From contig DAHXKG010000003.1 of assembly GCA_027366525.1 (NCBI GenBank), positions 72,097 through 136,096 of the forward strand: a stretch of DNA of 64,000 nt. Reading direction: 5' to 3'. The position numbers and the translations under genes were made by a program. This DNA is from a candidate division FCPU426 bacterium. Lineage in GTDB: Bacteria; Oederibacteriota; Muellerivitia; Muellerivitales; DAHXKG01. Positions 7,990-17,364 of the stretch are shown one piece after another. Position 1 is the stretch's first letter; each line of letters begins with the position of its first letter. The notes beneath the pieces are model-generated. The model was not told the DNA's origin. It worked only from the letters and a program-made list of their open reading frames with translations, and did not search any database.

Positions 7990-9768
7990 ATGAAAGCCGG
8001 ATTTATCAAATTTAAATTTCACGTTTTATTGATTCTAATCAGTGGAGGCATGCTGGGTTATTTAGGCATCGCGTGGCTTCGGCATCAATCCATGTCGCTT
8101 CCCGTTGTTTGGATGACTATTTTTTTAATATTGGGTGGGATTTTTTTCGGAATTCGCCATCAGCCGTTAGCGCCATGGATTCGATTGATTGCCAGCACGG
8201 CCCTAGCTGGAACAGTAACTCCACAAGTCTTCAATCCACACTCCCCCTTTTATGGAATGGTGTTCATCAGTATTCTCTGGGTTTTTTATCGAATGAGTCG
8301 TCCTCGCCCGATTAGAGTGAGTCCATCCCCGCTTTCATTGGGCAGATTTCCCTTGCAAATCGATCAAGAGGGTCAATGGTTTATTCCCGAAGAGTCGCTG
8401 AATTATCATGTGCAAGTGATCGGAGGAACCGGGAGTGGAAAAACTCGATTTGTGCTTAAACCCCTTATATATCAAGACATCGTAGATAATCGGATCGGAT
8501 GTTTCATTTATGATGTCAAGAGCAACTTAGCTCGAGAAGTGCACTATATGGCTTCGTATGCCCATCGAGAGAAAGAGCTGTTTTATTTGGATCTAGCTCA
8601 TCCGACTCTTTCCCAATCCTATAATCCACTGTTCGGGAGGGATCCCGATGTTATTGCCAATCGCATTCTAGCGGCATTGTATATGCAAGAACCTCAAACC
8701 CATCCGTATTATCGAGAGCTGACATACGCGTATCTATCCAATATCATTGCCTTGCTTTTAAGAGAATTTGAATGTATGACCTTTCAAGATTTGCTGGAAT
8801 TGACCCAAGAATTTGAAACCTTCAAAAAACTTCAAGATTTATGCAGTAAGTATTTTTTTACAGCGGAAAGTTCATTTTTTTATTCATGTTGGATTCATAA
8901 ACCAGTTCGCCAACGTCAACAAGAACTTTTTGGATTAATCAATAAATTGCAGGCCATTTGCAGCCGTTCATATGCATCGCTTTTCAATGTTCGTAAACCT
9001 CAGATTCAGTGGAAGACGCTTTTAAATCAACATCAAATTTTTTTGTTTGGTGCTTCGTCGCTTCAACATCCTGAAGATTCTAAAATGATATCAGCGTTAT
9101 TAATGATGGATTTAGCCAACTCGATTGAACCTCGATTTATCCGAAAACCGGATCAACCCTTTCGTCTTTATCTAGATGAATTTGATCAACTTCTCTATCC
9201 AGATTTTATTCATTTACTGAATAAAGCGCGCGAAGCGGAAATATCTATTATTCTGGCGCATCAAGCTTTGGGCGATTTAAAAACATCAATTCGAAATTTT
9301 TCAGAACAAATTGGTATTAATACCCGAAATAAAATTATCTTAGCGCTGGATGATCCAGAAACAGCATCCTTTTTTTCTCGGTTATTGGGATATCAACTTG
9401 AAAAACAAAGTGCCACAGAGTTTTATAATGCACATGATCAAAAAACGGGTTATCGGTTGAGTTCGGCGCTCCAATATAAGTACCCGCCGGATGAGATCAA
9501 AAATCTTCCAATTCAAAAAGGCATCATACGAATCATTTTAAAACAAGGACCGGTGGATTACTGCGTTCAACTCAATCATCCGGTAAACGTTCCTGAAACC
9601 TATCAACCTATTTTTCGGCGGGCGAGGCGTTCTCGGGTTTCTTCCAAGCGTCGGAAGACCTTGAAGTCCAATCATGCAGGTTTAGATCTAGATCGATTCA
9701 ATCAAAAAATAGATCCTGAACGAACGTCTCCTTCTTCCCATTTTCAGAAATCGAGGATTTCCATTTGA
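7990..9768 (+). CDS. type IV secretion coupling protein-like ATPase (TraD/TraG/VirD4 family-like)
   Basis: 2-3 N-terminal TM helices; Walker A VIGGTGSGKT; Walker B-like YLDEFDQL; ILAHQALGDL resembles the T4CP LTQS..QL motif; basic C-terminal tail. Confidence 0.55.
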   Translation: MKAGFIKFKFHVLLILISGGMLGYLGIAWLRHQSMSLPVVWMTIFLILGGIFFGIRHQPLAPWIRLIASTALAGTVTPQVFNPHSPFYGMVFISILWVFYRMSRPRPIRVSPSPLSLGRFPLQIDQEGQWFIPEESLNYHVQVIGGTGSGKTRFVLKPLIYQDIVDNRIGCFIYDVKSNLAREVHYMASYAHREKELFYLDLAHPTLSQSYNPLFGRDPDVIANRILAALYMQEPQTHPYYRELTYAYLSNIIALLLREFECMTFQDLLELTQEFETFKKLQDLCSKYFFTAESSFFYSCWIHKPVRQRQQELFGLINKLQAICSRSYASLFNVRKPQIQWKTLLNQHQIFLFGASSLQHPEDSKMISALLMMDLANSIEPRFIRKPDQPFRLYLDEFDQLLYPDFIHLLNKAREAEISIILAHQALGDLKTSIRNFSEQIGINTRNKIILALDDPETASFFSRLLGYQLEKQSATEFYNAHDQKTGYRLSSALQYKYPPDEIKNLPIQKGIIRIILKQGPVDYCVQLNHPVNVPETYQPIFRRARRSRVSSKRRKTLKSNHAGLDLDRFNQKIDPERTSPSSHFQKSRISI

Positions 9769-10586
9769 AGGAACACGCATTGTCGTGTTTAGAGATGGAG
9801 ATTCTTTCTTATATTGAAAGTAATAAGGGTATGGTGTTAGAGCTTTTAAAACAAAAATTTTTTGAATCGTCCTCGACCAAGTCCTTTCAGGCAGTAATAA
9901 AAAAACTTGAGATTCAAAAATATCTGAAAAAGTGTCAGCAATATCCGAAAGCGCCTGTTTTTGTTTTTTTAACGTTGAAAGCACGAACCCAACTGCAAAA
10001 GCAAGGCGGGGCTTATTTACCGGCTTCGCTGCGCCAACCGAAAATCAATATATTTGAAAGACAGCATGATTTTTGTGTTCAGCAAATTCGAATGAGCATT
10101 GAGAATTCAAAAAATGCGTGGAAGGATTTCGTGTGGCTTTCGGATTATGAAATGCGGTGTGGAATGAATTTATCTTGGAAGAAAAATAAAACGTTGTTGC
10201 GCCCATTTCAAAAATATACTCGAATTCCCGATGGCATTTTTGAAATACGGCTCAATGGGCACTTAGTGCATTTTGTGTTGGAATATGAACATGCTGCATA
10301 TTCGCATAGACAAATTCAAAGAATGGTTATGGGGCTTCAAAGGACTTTTCCGGATTTTTTATTTCTCATCGTGGCTCGAAATAAAATAAGGACTTTGCGT
10401 CTTGCTCGTATTATAGATCCATGGATTTCACACCAATCGTCAGAGCGTGATCGATGGATATTTTCTTTTTATGAAAAAGCAATTCAATTGCCTTTTGAAA
10501 AAATTCCGTGGGTTAATTTAAATACTGAATATGCTTTTTTTGTGGAAGATTCCATAAAGAATTTTGAATCCCTCAACCCTAAGTAA
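9765..10586 (+). CDS. replication-relaxation (Replic_Relax) family protein-like
   Basis: N-terminal wHTH-like segment; HDFCVQQIRMSIE and PDGIFEIR...HFVLEYEHAAYS blocks matching the Replic_Relax pattern (PDa.f.l....f.vE.D); ATGA overlap with the preceding ATPase gene. Confidence 0.45.
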   Translation: MKEHALSCLEMEILSYIESNKGMVLELLKQKFFESSSTKSFQAVIKKLEIQKYLKKCQQYPKAPVFVFLTLKARTQLQKQGGAYLPASLRQPKINIFERQHDFCVQQIRMSIENSKNAWKDFVWLSDYEMRCGMNLSWKKNKTLLRPFQKYTRIPDGIFEIRLNGHLVHFVLEYEHAAYSHRQIQRMVMGLQRTFPDFLFLIVARNKIRTLRLARIIDPWISHQSSERDRWIFSFYEKAIQLPFEKIPWVNLNTEYAFFVEDSIKNFESLNPK

Positions 10587-10906
10587 TTTTCTCCATAATC
10601 ACGGTTTTCAGACTGTATTAATCCGATTTCAAATTTTAAATTGACCTCGTTTCGGAGGGTCAGCGGTTTTGATCAAAATTCATACGTGGAGATGAGCACG
10701 GGAAGGTTGCAGAGTGGATCCCCGAAGAGGATCAAGCGTCAAAAAGAAAAAAGCATATTTTGTTTTTATTGCTTGTAGTTTTTTTAGTTAAAGCTATTCT
10801 ATATATAAGAGTCCGTCATGTTAAACGATTGAAAGGCAATTTATTTTCAAGTTCAGCATGAAAGACTGGGCCGGAGCATTAATAAAATCTAAGGAGGATT
10901 GTGTTC

Positions 10907-10951
10907 ATGGCAACTGCAAAAAAGAAACCTGCTAAAGGAAAGAAGAAGTAG
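10907..10951 (+). CDS. tiny Lys-rich ORF (MATAKKKPAKGKKK) with strong SD; candidate small protein or leader peptide
   Basis: AAGGAGG 9 nt upstream of ATG; followed by an 11-bp-stem hairpin (aagcaagccta...taggcttgctt) at about 10964..10996. Confidence 0.2.
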   Translation: MATAKKKPAKGKKK

Positions 10952-11351
10952 AAGCAATAGTATTAAAAGCAAGCCTAGATCAATGATTTAGGCTTGCTTA
11001 TCAGAAGGTTGCCTTGAAATAAAATTTTTTATAAACCTCTCCCATCTCTAATGAAATTACGATTACGCAAATTTAAAAGTGAATAATTTCATGATTCCAT
11101 TTTCAAGATAATGTGGCCACGACAACCCTTCATTCCTTTTAATCCACTAGGGCTTTAACCTAATTGTTGGATGCAAAGCATCCTCCTTTGATGTTATAAT
11201 AAACCTGCGTTAGTTTAAGATGGAGAGTTGGATCCAAGTGCGATCATAGGGGTTGTTTTAGGGTCGAGATTAGTTTGTTAATTTCAGTTTGTTTTTGATA
11301 AAATTAGGGCGATATCAAAAAAGTAGAATAAAAAAAATTGAATGCTAAATT

Positions 11352-11840
11352 ATGTCAAGGAGGTCTCATGTGGTGGAATTTCTTTTTTTGAAAACATGGC
11401 CATGGTGGTTATCAGGGTTAGCCTTGGGACTGACAAGTCTTTTGTATTCAATGTGGACGAAGAAAAAAATAGACTTGATTGAATCGTTTTCAAATCAAGG
11501 TACGCCTGCCACAGCACGAAAATCGATATTCCAATCTAAAATTATTTGGTTTTGCTTAGGATTAATTTTAGGTGGATATATAGCAAATGCTTACGATTGG
11601 GGTTGGAGTTGGACTTATGGCCGCATGGATGAGATTACCTCAGGCAATTTCTTTTTAAAATGTTTTATTTTAATTATTGGCGGTGTTTTAGTTGGATTTG
11701 GAGCAAAATGGTTAAATGGTGGACCGGGAGAACACATTCTTCAAGGGATTAGTTTTCGAAGCTGGCCTTCGCTGATTATTTCGGCTGGGTTTTTAATTAG
11801 TGGGATTCTTTTTGTAAATTTTATTTATAGGATTATGTGA
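11352..11840 (+). CDS. YeeE/YedE (DUF395, sulfur-transport) family membrane protein, N-terminal half-sized gene
   Basis: IIGGVLVGFGAKWLNGG matches the E. coli YedE VIGGIIAGFGARLAMGC block but with the conserved Cys replaced by Gly; 4 TM. Confidence 0.5.
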   Translation: MSRRSHVVEFLFLKTWPWWLSGLALGLTSLLYSMWTKKKIDLIESFSNQGTPATARKSIFQSKIIWFCLGLILGGYIANAYDWGWSWTYGRMDEITSGNFFLKCFILIIGGVLVGFGAKWLNGGPGEHILQGISFRSWPSLIISAGFLISGILFVNFIYRIM

Positions 11841-12355
11841 TGCCAACCAAAAAAACGATCAAGAAAAAAAGCCCTTCGTCTACTAAAAGGGAAGTAAGAA
11901 TTAAGCCCGTCTTAGAAAAATCAAAACTATTAGAAGTTAAGCCCGTCGATCAAAAATCATTTTGGGCTTTTTTAATTTGTGGACTTTTGTTTGGATATTT
12001 CCTCTCTAAAACGGGAATCACCAGTTATAATTCGGTTGTGAAAATGTTTTTGTTGATGGGCAATCATATTTATAAAGCCATCGGCTTAGCGATTGCGATC
12101 GGATTATTAGGATTTGGTTTTTTTGAAAAACAAAAACGGGGACAAACTTTTTTTTCAGAAGAAGTTTTTAAAAATCCTGTTGAAGTTCGTTTAGATAAAA
12201 TTCTTGGAATCATTATGTTGGGAGCTGGAGTTGCACTAACTGGAGACACGTTAGGAACCGCTTTGGTTCAACTTGGAGAAGGGAAACTGGTTGTTGTTTT
12301 TTCATTGGTGGGAATTAGTTTAGGTATTTGGATTTATGATAAGTTTGCGGCTTAA
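11837..12355 (+). CDS. YeeE/YedE family membrane protein, second half-sized gene (translationally coupled, ATGA overlap)
   Basis: 4 TM; LICGLLFGYFLS and GLAIAIGLLGFGFF Gly-rich helices similar to DUF395 repeats. Confidence 0.45.
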   Translation: MMPTKKTIKKKSPSSTKREVRIKPVLEKSKLLEVKPVDQKSFWAFLICGLLFGYFLSKTGITSYNSVVKMFLLMGNHIYKAIGLAIAIGLLGFGFFEKQKRGQTFFSEEVFKNPVEVRLDKILGIIMLGAGVALTGDTLGTALVQLGEGKLVVVFSLVGISLGIWIYDKFAA

Positions 12356-12356
12356 T

Positions 12357-14117
12357 TTAGGATACCAGAGATTCAAGCCGATCTAATTCTAAACTAATTT
12401 CATTCATTAAATCAGCTAGTAGAGGTTCTTCAAAATTAAAGCGAATACCCGCTTTTTGAAAAATTTCAGGTAACGGAAGGCTTCCACCTACGGCAAGTCC
12501 TTCCAAAAAAGAATGTAAACCATCTTCAAAATGCTGACGAGTATTTTTCCAAACTTGGAGAGCCCCGAGTTGTGCAATTCCATATTCAATATAATAAAAG
12601 GGAACTTCAAAAATATGCAATTGTCGGTGCCAGTGACTTTCTAGTGCGTCTTCCAATCCATCCCAATTTTCAAGACCACTAAATTTTTTCCAAAGAATCA
12701 ACCATTGCTTCGAACGGTCTTGAGCCGTTTGATCAGGATGTAGATAAATCCAATGCTGAAAAGCATCAACCAGTGCAATCCAAGGAAATAAAAGAACGAT
12801 ATGCTCGAAATGATCGATTTGAGATCGAATGGCATCCGAAGGATTCGGATAGCAATAGTGTAAGAATTGATTGCCGAGTAATTCCATGCTCATTGAAGCA
12901 ACTTCGCAGAATTCCATGGGAGCATGTTGATAGGGTGAAAAGGAGATTGTGCGGGAGGCAAATGCGTGCATGGCGTGGCCACTTTCATGAAGTAGCGTAC
13001 GAAGATCCTGATCTAGGCCCACGGCGTTCATGAAGATAAAAGGAAGTCGGGATTCAGAAAACATAGTATTATATCCACCGGGTGCTTTTCCCTTTCGGCT
13101 TTGCAAATCTAGCAATCCCAGTTGAATCATCGTTTGAAATTGATGACTTAATGTGGGAGAAAGGGCTTGTAGAATTTGATCACATTGCTTGATGAGTTGT
13201 TCGATTTGATCAAATGGATGTAAAGGAGGGCGCCCCAGCGGATCAACGCCGAGATCCCACGGCCGCAACGTATCCAGCTTCATTTTTTTCATCCGGCGAA
13301 GTTGTATTTTTTTTACAAGTGGTAGAACCGTTTTTTCAATACTGGAATGAAAGCGTTCACAATCCTCCGGAGAATAATCAAAACGTTCTTTGAGTTTAAA
13401 AGAGTAATCGCGGAAATTTTGAAATCCTGCGTTTTGTGAAATCGTGGTACGTAATTTCAACATCTGATCAAATAAGTGATTGAGTGTATGTTTTTCTTTT
13501 AAACGACGTTGGGTGATTAGATGCCAGACTTCATCTCGAATCAGTCGATTAGGCGATTCTAAATAGCGAGACATTTCTTGTAACGTTTGCTCCTTTTGAT
13601 CATAGGTAATGGTTAGAGATCCGGTAATTTTTTGATACTGCTGTGAGAGTTGTTCAAGTTGGGTTTCCAGAGGGATATTACTTTCGCGATAGAGGCTCAA
13701 CTGATTTTCAACAGTGCGATTAAAGAGGTCATATTGATTGGTGTTGAGTAAGCGACGAGCCGGGCTATTCCAATATTTTTGCAATAAAATAAAATTATAT
13801 TTTTTTTCCAAAGGAGCTATTTCTTGAATAAATTCAAGAAATAATTTTTCAATTTCTGGATTATCAGTTTGACAGGTCATTTGAACATATCGAATTTCAG
13901 CTTCCTCTTGTAAGACATCGGTTAATTCATTAAAATCATCTAACCAAGTTTTAAGTTCATCGGGTCCTTGAAGGACGCGTTGATCTAAGTCGCGATAAAA
14001 AGGCTCAACGGAATTCCAATTTTGAACTTGAAATTGTGGAGGCAAGTATTTTCTTTTAAAAATATGTGGCAAATTTCTCAAATTATGTGTTGTACTCATA
14101 AGGGGGTACGGTATCAA
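12357..14117 (-). CDS. pepF: oligoendopeptidase F (M3B family zinc metallopeptidase)
   Basis: HESGHAMH HEXXH zinc motif; 586 aa, typical PepF length. Confidence 0.85.
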   Translation of the reverse strand: MIPYPLMSTTHNLRNLPHIFKRKYLPPQFQVQNWNSVEPFYRDLDQRVLQGPDELKTWLDDFNELTDVLQEEAEIRYVQMTCQTDNPEIEKLFLEFIQEIAPLEKKYNFILLQKYWNSPARRLLNTNQYDLFNRTVENQLSLYRESNIPLETQLEQLSQQYQKITGSLTITYDQKEQTLQEMSRYLESPNRLIRDEVWHLITQRRLKEKHTLNHLFDQMLKLRTTISQNAGFQNFRDYSFKLKERFDYSPEDCERFHSSIEKTVLPLVKKIQLRRMKKMKLDTLRPWDLGVDPLGRPPLHPFDQIEQLIKQCDQILQALSPTLSHQFQTMIQLGLLDLQSRKGKAPGGYNTMFSESRLPFIFMNAVGLDQDLRTLLHESGHAMHAFASRTISFSPYQHAPMEFCEVASMSMELLGNQFLHYCYPNPSDAIRSQIDHFEHIVLLFPWIALVDAFQHWIYLHPDQTAQDRSKQWLILWKKFSGLENWDGLEDALESHWHRQLHIFEVPFYYIEYGIAQLGALQVWKNTRQHFEDGLHSFLEGLAVGGSLPLPEIFQKAGIRFNFEEPLLADLMNEISLELDRLESLVS

Positions 14118-14125
14118 AAATTAGC

Positions 14126-14656
14126 GTGAATTTAAAGAGGCTTTTAATGTTGAAAAAAAATAATTTTTTAAATATCGCCATCGGGTTTTTATTCTTAACG
14201 CTTATGGCTGGATGTCAACTTCCCAATCGAGGTTTAGATAAAATTGAATTGGCCCGAGAATTAAAATTAGGCGCTAGTGCTGGTGAAATTTTGTATCATT
14301 GGTATATGTTTTCTAAACGACCTTTACAATCGGATTCCGTTCTGAGTAATAAAAGTGTCGTGGCCTATCGAGGGATAAGTTATCATGTCAGTGTTTCTGG
14401 ATTTTATATCTTTTTTAATATGGCCACCCGAACACTAGTCAAAGTGGAATTTATGTACAGGCCTAGTATGGCCAAAGAAAAGGAGAAAAGCTTGTTAAAA
14501 CAGTGGACCAAAGCCTTATGGAAACCTGAAGTTATTCGTCAATGGGGAGGGCAAATTTATTTGTGGCAAGATAAATATGCCCAGATTAAATTATATGTTT
14601 CCAATGGTATTTGCTACTTCGAGCAATTACTGACCCAAAATCCAGTTCAAAGATAA
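14126..14656 (+). CDS. lipoprotein of unknown function
   Basis: signal peptide with LMAGCQ lipobox. Confidence 0.4.
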   Translation: MNLKRLLMLKKNNFLNIAIGFLFLTLMAGCQLPNRGLDKIELARELKLGASAGEILYHWYMFSKRPLQSDSVLSNKSVVAYRGISYHVSVSGFYIFFNMATRTLVKVEFMYRPSMAKEKEKSLLKQWTKALWKPEVIRQWGGQIYLWQDKYAQIKLYVSNGICYFEQLLTQNPVQR

Positions 14657-14661
14657 ATTTC

Positions 14662-15615
14662 ATGGATATTTTTTCCTATTCGCGGATTAGTACCTATTTT
14701 AATTGTCCTAAACAATATAAGTTTCGGTATGTTGACAAAATTCCTTCACCAGTGCCGGAAGGCATCGAGCTGTTTTTGGGATCCCGATTTCATGAAGCGA
14801 TGGAATATCTTTACCAAGAAATTCCTCGAGAGGTACTTTCGTTAGAAAAACTTAAAAAATATTTTCAAATGCTTTGGGAAGAAAAATGGAATGAATGTGT
14901 AAAAAAACAAAAGGAAAAAAATTTCCAAAGCCCGATTCGCATTGTTCGAAAAAATGAAACCATGCAAGATTTTTTTCAAAAGGGCCAGCTTTTTTTAGAG
15001 AATTATTATAAAAAATATTATCCATTTAATCAGGACTATACGGAAGGCTTGGAGCTCAAAGTATTATTTGATTTGGATCCAGAAGGTCAATATAAAATGC
15101 AAGGGTATATTGATCGATTAGCGAGAGACAATCAAGGCATCTTGTGGATTCATGATTATAAAACCAATAGTCGAAAATTATCCAAAGACGATGTGAATTT
15201 TGACGATCAATTAGCCTTGTATCAAGTTGGAGTTAATCAAAGTGCTAAATATCAATCATTTTCTGGCGTGAAATTAATGTGGCACTTTGTGGCTTTCTCC
15301 AATAATGAATCGCTCGTGAGTGAGTGTACACAAGAAAAATTAGTACAGTTGAAGCGAAAGTATATTTCAAAAATTCAAAAAATCAAGGCGGATCAAGTTT
15401 ATCCTACTCAAGTTAGTCGTTTATGTGAATGGTGCGAGTATTTAACGTTATGTCCTGAAGGTCAAAAAAAAATTCATGAGTACTCAAACATATCTCCCCC
15501 TCTATCCGAAATGGAAAAAAATGCACCAAGTGATCATTCTTTATTGAAAAAGTCCTTGGATTTTCAGAAAGATGTTTCTAGTTATAATACTTCCGAGCAA
15601 CTTCCATTGTTTTAA
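14662..15615 (+). CDS. PD-(D/E)XK nuclease, Cas4/RecB-nuclease-like with 4-Cys cluster
   Basis: N-terminal SYSRISTYFNCP; YIDRLARD and IHDYKT nuclease motifs; C-terminal CEWCEYLTLC; start placed at MDIFSYSR to avoid overlap. Confidence 0.6.
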   Translation: MDIFSYSRISTYFNCPKQYKFRYVDKIPSPVPEGIELFLGSRFHEAMEYLYQEIPREVLSLEKLKKYFQMLWEEKWNECVKKQKEKNFQSPIRIVRKNETMQDFFQKGQLFLENYYKKYYPFNQDYTEGLELKVLFDLDPEGQYKMQGYIDRLARDNQGILWIHDYKTNSRKLSKDDVNFDDQLALYQVGVNQSAKYQSFSGVKLMWHFVAFSNNESLVSECTQEKLVQLKRKYISKIQKIKADQVYPTQVSRLCEWCEYLTLCPEGQKKIHEYSNISPPLSEMEKNAPSDHSLLKKSLDFQKDVSSYNTSEQLPLF

Positions 15616-15656
15616 ATGCAGGAACCCTAGTTTAAGTACGAAAGCCAAATACAGGG

Positions 15657-15696
15657 TCGCCTTTCCACCTTAATAAAAAGGCGATTTCTATTTTTT
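15657..15696 (+). terminator. rho-independent terminator after the nuclease gene
   Basis: 8-bp stem tcgccttt/aaaggcga, 12-nt loop, then tttctatttttt. Confidence 0.5.
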
Positions 15697-16076
15697 CAAA
15701 TACTTGTGATGGATACGGTTGCAAGTTTTTTTAAAAATCCTTTGATAAATTTCAAGTCTGTAAAAATATCTATATTTCTTTTGTTAACGGTTATTAAGTG
15801 TATGGACATCATAAAGTTATGACAGCGTTTTGATGGGATTGAGTAAACGGTCAGGTGACTTCTTCAAAAAACATAAGGAATTAGTAGTAGAATTCAAAAG
15901 TAAAACGAATCACCAAAAATCGTTATTCGCTCATTGTTAAAATAGCCCAAATATTGTCAAGCTACAAAAAATAAAAAAAAACTAAAGTGTATAAACAAAA
16001 AAAATATTTAAAATAAAAGTTATAAATCAAGCAATGATATGAAAAATATTTCAAATTAAAAAAGAGGGACCCAGCT

Positions 16077-17354
16077 ATGTTTCCTTATGATTACAAAGAA
16101 TATTATATCCTCTACGTGGATGATGAAGAAAAAGCCCTTAAATATTTTAAAAGCACATTGGAACATCGATTTAAAATTCTCACTGCGATTAATGCCAACG
16201 AAGGATATAAAATTGTAAAAAAATATCAGCAAGAGATTGCAATTGTTGTAACAGACCAACGCATGCCCGTAGAAAATGGTGTTCAGTTCTTGGAGAAGGT
16301 GAGAATACTTCTTCCTAAAACCGTGCGTATTTTGGTTACCGCTTTTTCAGAACTCGATGTGGCCATTCAAGCCGTAAATACGGGAGCGATCTATAAATAT
16401 GTTTCAAAGCCTTGGAACCTTCCAGAATTAGAAGTCATGTTGATGCGCGGCATGGAATATTTTAAAATTCAAAAAGAGCGCGACGCGTTGTTGAATGAAA
16501 AAATATCAATTTTGAATAACATGTTAATGACGGATCGATTAATTAGCCTTGGATTTCTTGCAACAGGGTTAGGACATCATCTTCGAAATTCGATGGTGGC
16601 TATTAAAACTTTTTTAGACTTAACACCGCTTAAGCTGGAGCAAGAAGTTGTTTCTTTAGATCGAATTCAAAATCCTGATTTTTGGAAAAATTATTACACA
16701 CGGGTTCAGGAACAAATGAATAAAATTACCGAACTACTCAATCAATTAGTTCAGATATCCGAAAAACCGAAAGCCTATTTTCCAGATAAAATTAAATTAG
16801 AAAAAATGGTTAAAAACGCACTCGAGAAATATCAAAAAGAGGCCAGCAAGAAAAACATTACTGTTGAAAATTATGTTACGGATATTGCCCAGGTGCTTCA
16901 GGTGGACCAAATCAAGTTTGAAAGATTTCTAGATCTCCTTTTAGAAGATGAAATTGCTAGTGTCAAAGAAGGTGGATCAATTACGTTAAGATCATTCAAT
17001 TCTGAAAAAAATTCAAATGAAATTATATTGGAAATACAAGACAGTGGGAGTGGTTTCTTGCACCAACGAACGAAGTGGATATTTGATCCATTTTATACGC
17101 GTAATCAAGATCCAAAAAATTGGGGACTGAATCTCATGGCTTGCTTTTTTATTGTTCATCACCATGGTGGTCGGGTGGAAATTTCCGAAGCGAGTGTAAA
17201 GGAAGGCAACATTATCCAGTTTATTTTTCCAGTATGCCCGCCAGAAATTCCAAAAGACGAAGACCAAAAACTCATGAATCGCATTTTATTAAATGAGGAA
17301 CTTTGGGAAAAATTATTGACCGGACATGAAACGGCCATAGAAATTAATTCATAA
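16077..17354 (+). CDS. receiver domain fused to a histidine-kinase-like transmitter (PhcR/PhcQ-like response regulator), paralog of 36989..38257
   Basis: REC motifs (VDDEE, TDQRMP, SKPW); H-box-like GLGHHLRNSM; ATPase-like ILEIQDSGSGF; paralogous alignment with the 36989..38257 product. Confidence 0.7.
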   Translation: MFPYDYKEYYILYVDDEEKALKYFKSTLEHRFKILTAINANEGYKIVKKYQQEIAIVVTDQRMPVENGVQFLEKVRILLPKTVRILVTAFSELDVAIQAVNTGAIYKYVSKPWNLPELEVMLMRGMEYFKIQKERDALLNEKISILNNMLMTDRLISLGFLATGLGHHLRNSMVAIKTFLDLTPLKLEQEVVSLDRIQNPDFWKNYYTRVQEQMNKITELLNQLVQISEKPKAYFPDKIKLEKMVKNALEKYQKEASKKNITVENYVTDIAQVLQVDQIKFERFLDLLLEDEIASVKEGGSITLRSFNSEKNSNEIILEIQDSGSGFLHQRTKWIFDPFYTRNQDPKNWGLNLMACFFIVHHHGGRVEISEASVKEGNIIQFIFPVCPPEIPKDEDQKLMNRILLNEELWEKLLTGHETAIEINS

Positions 17355-17364
17355 ACATTGGTAT

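Noticed and set aside
9688-9984. ORF 9688..9984(-) across the ATPase/Replic_Relax junction
   Set aside because: Antisense to two translationally coupled genes, with no independent support.
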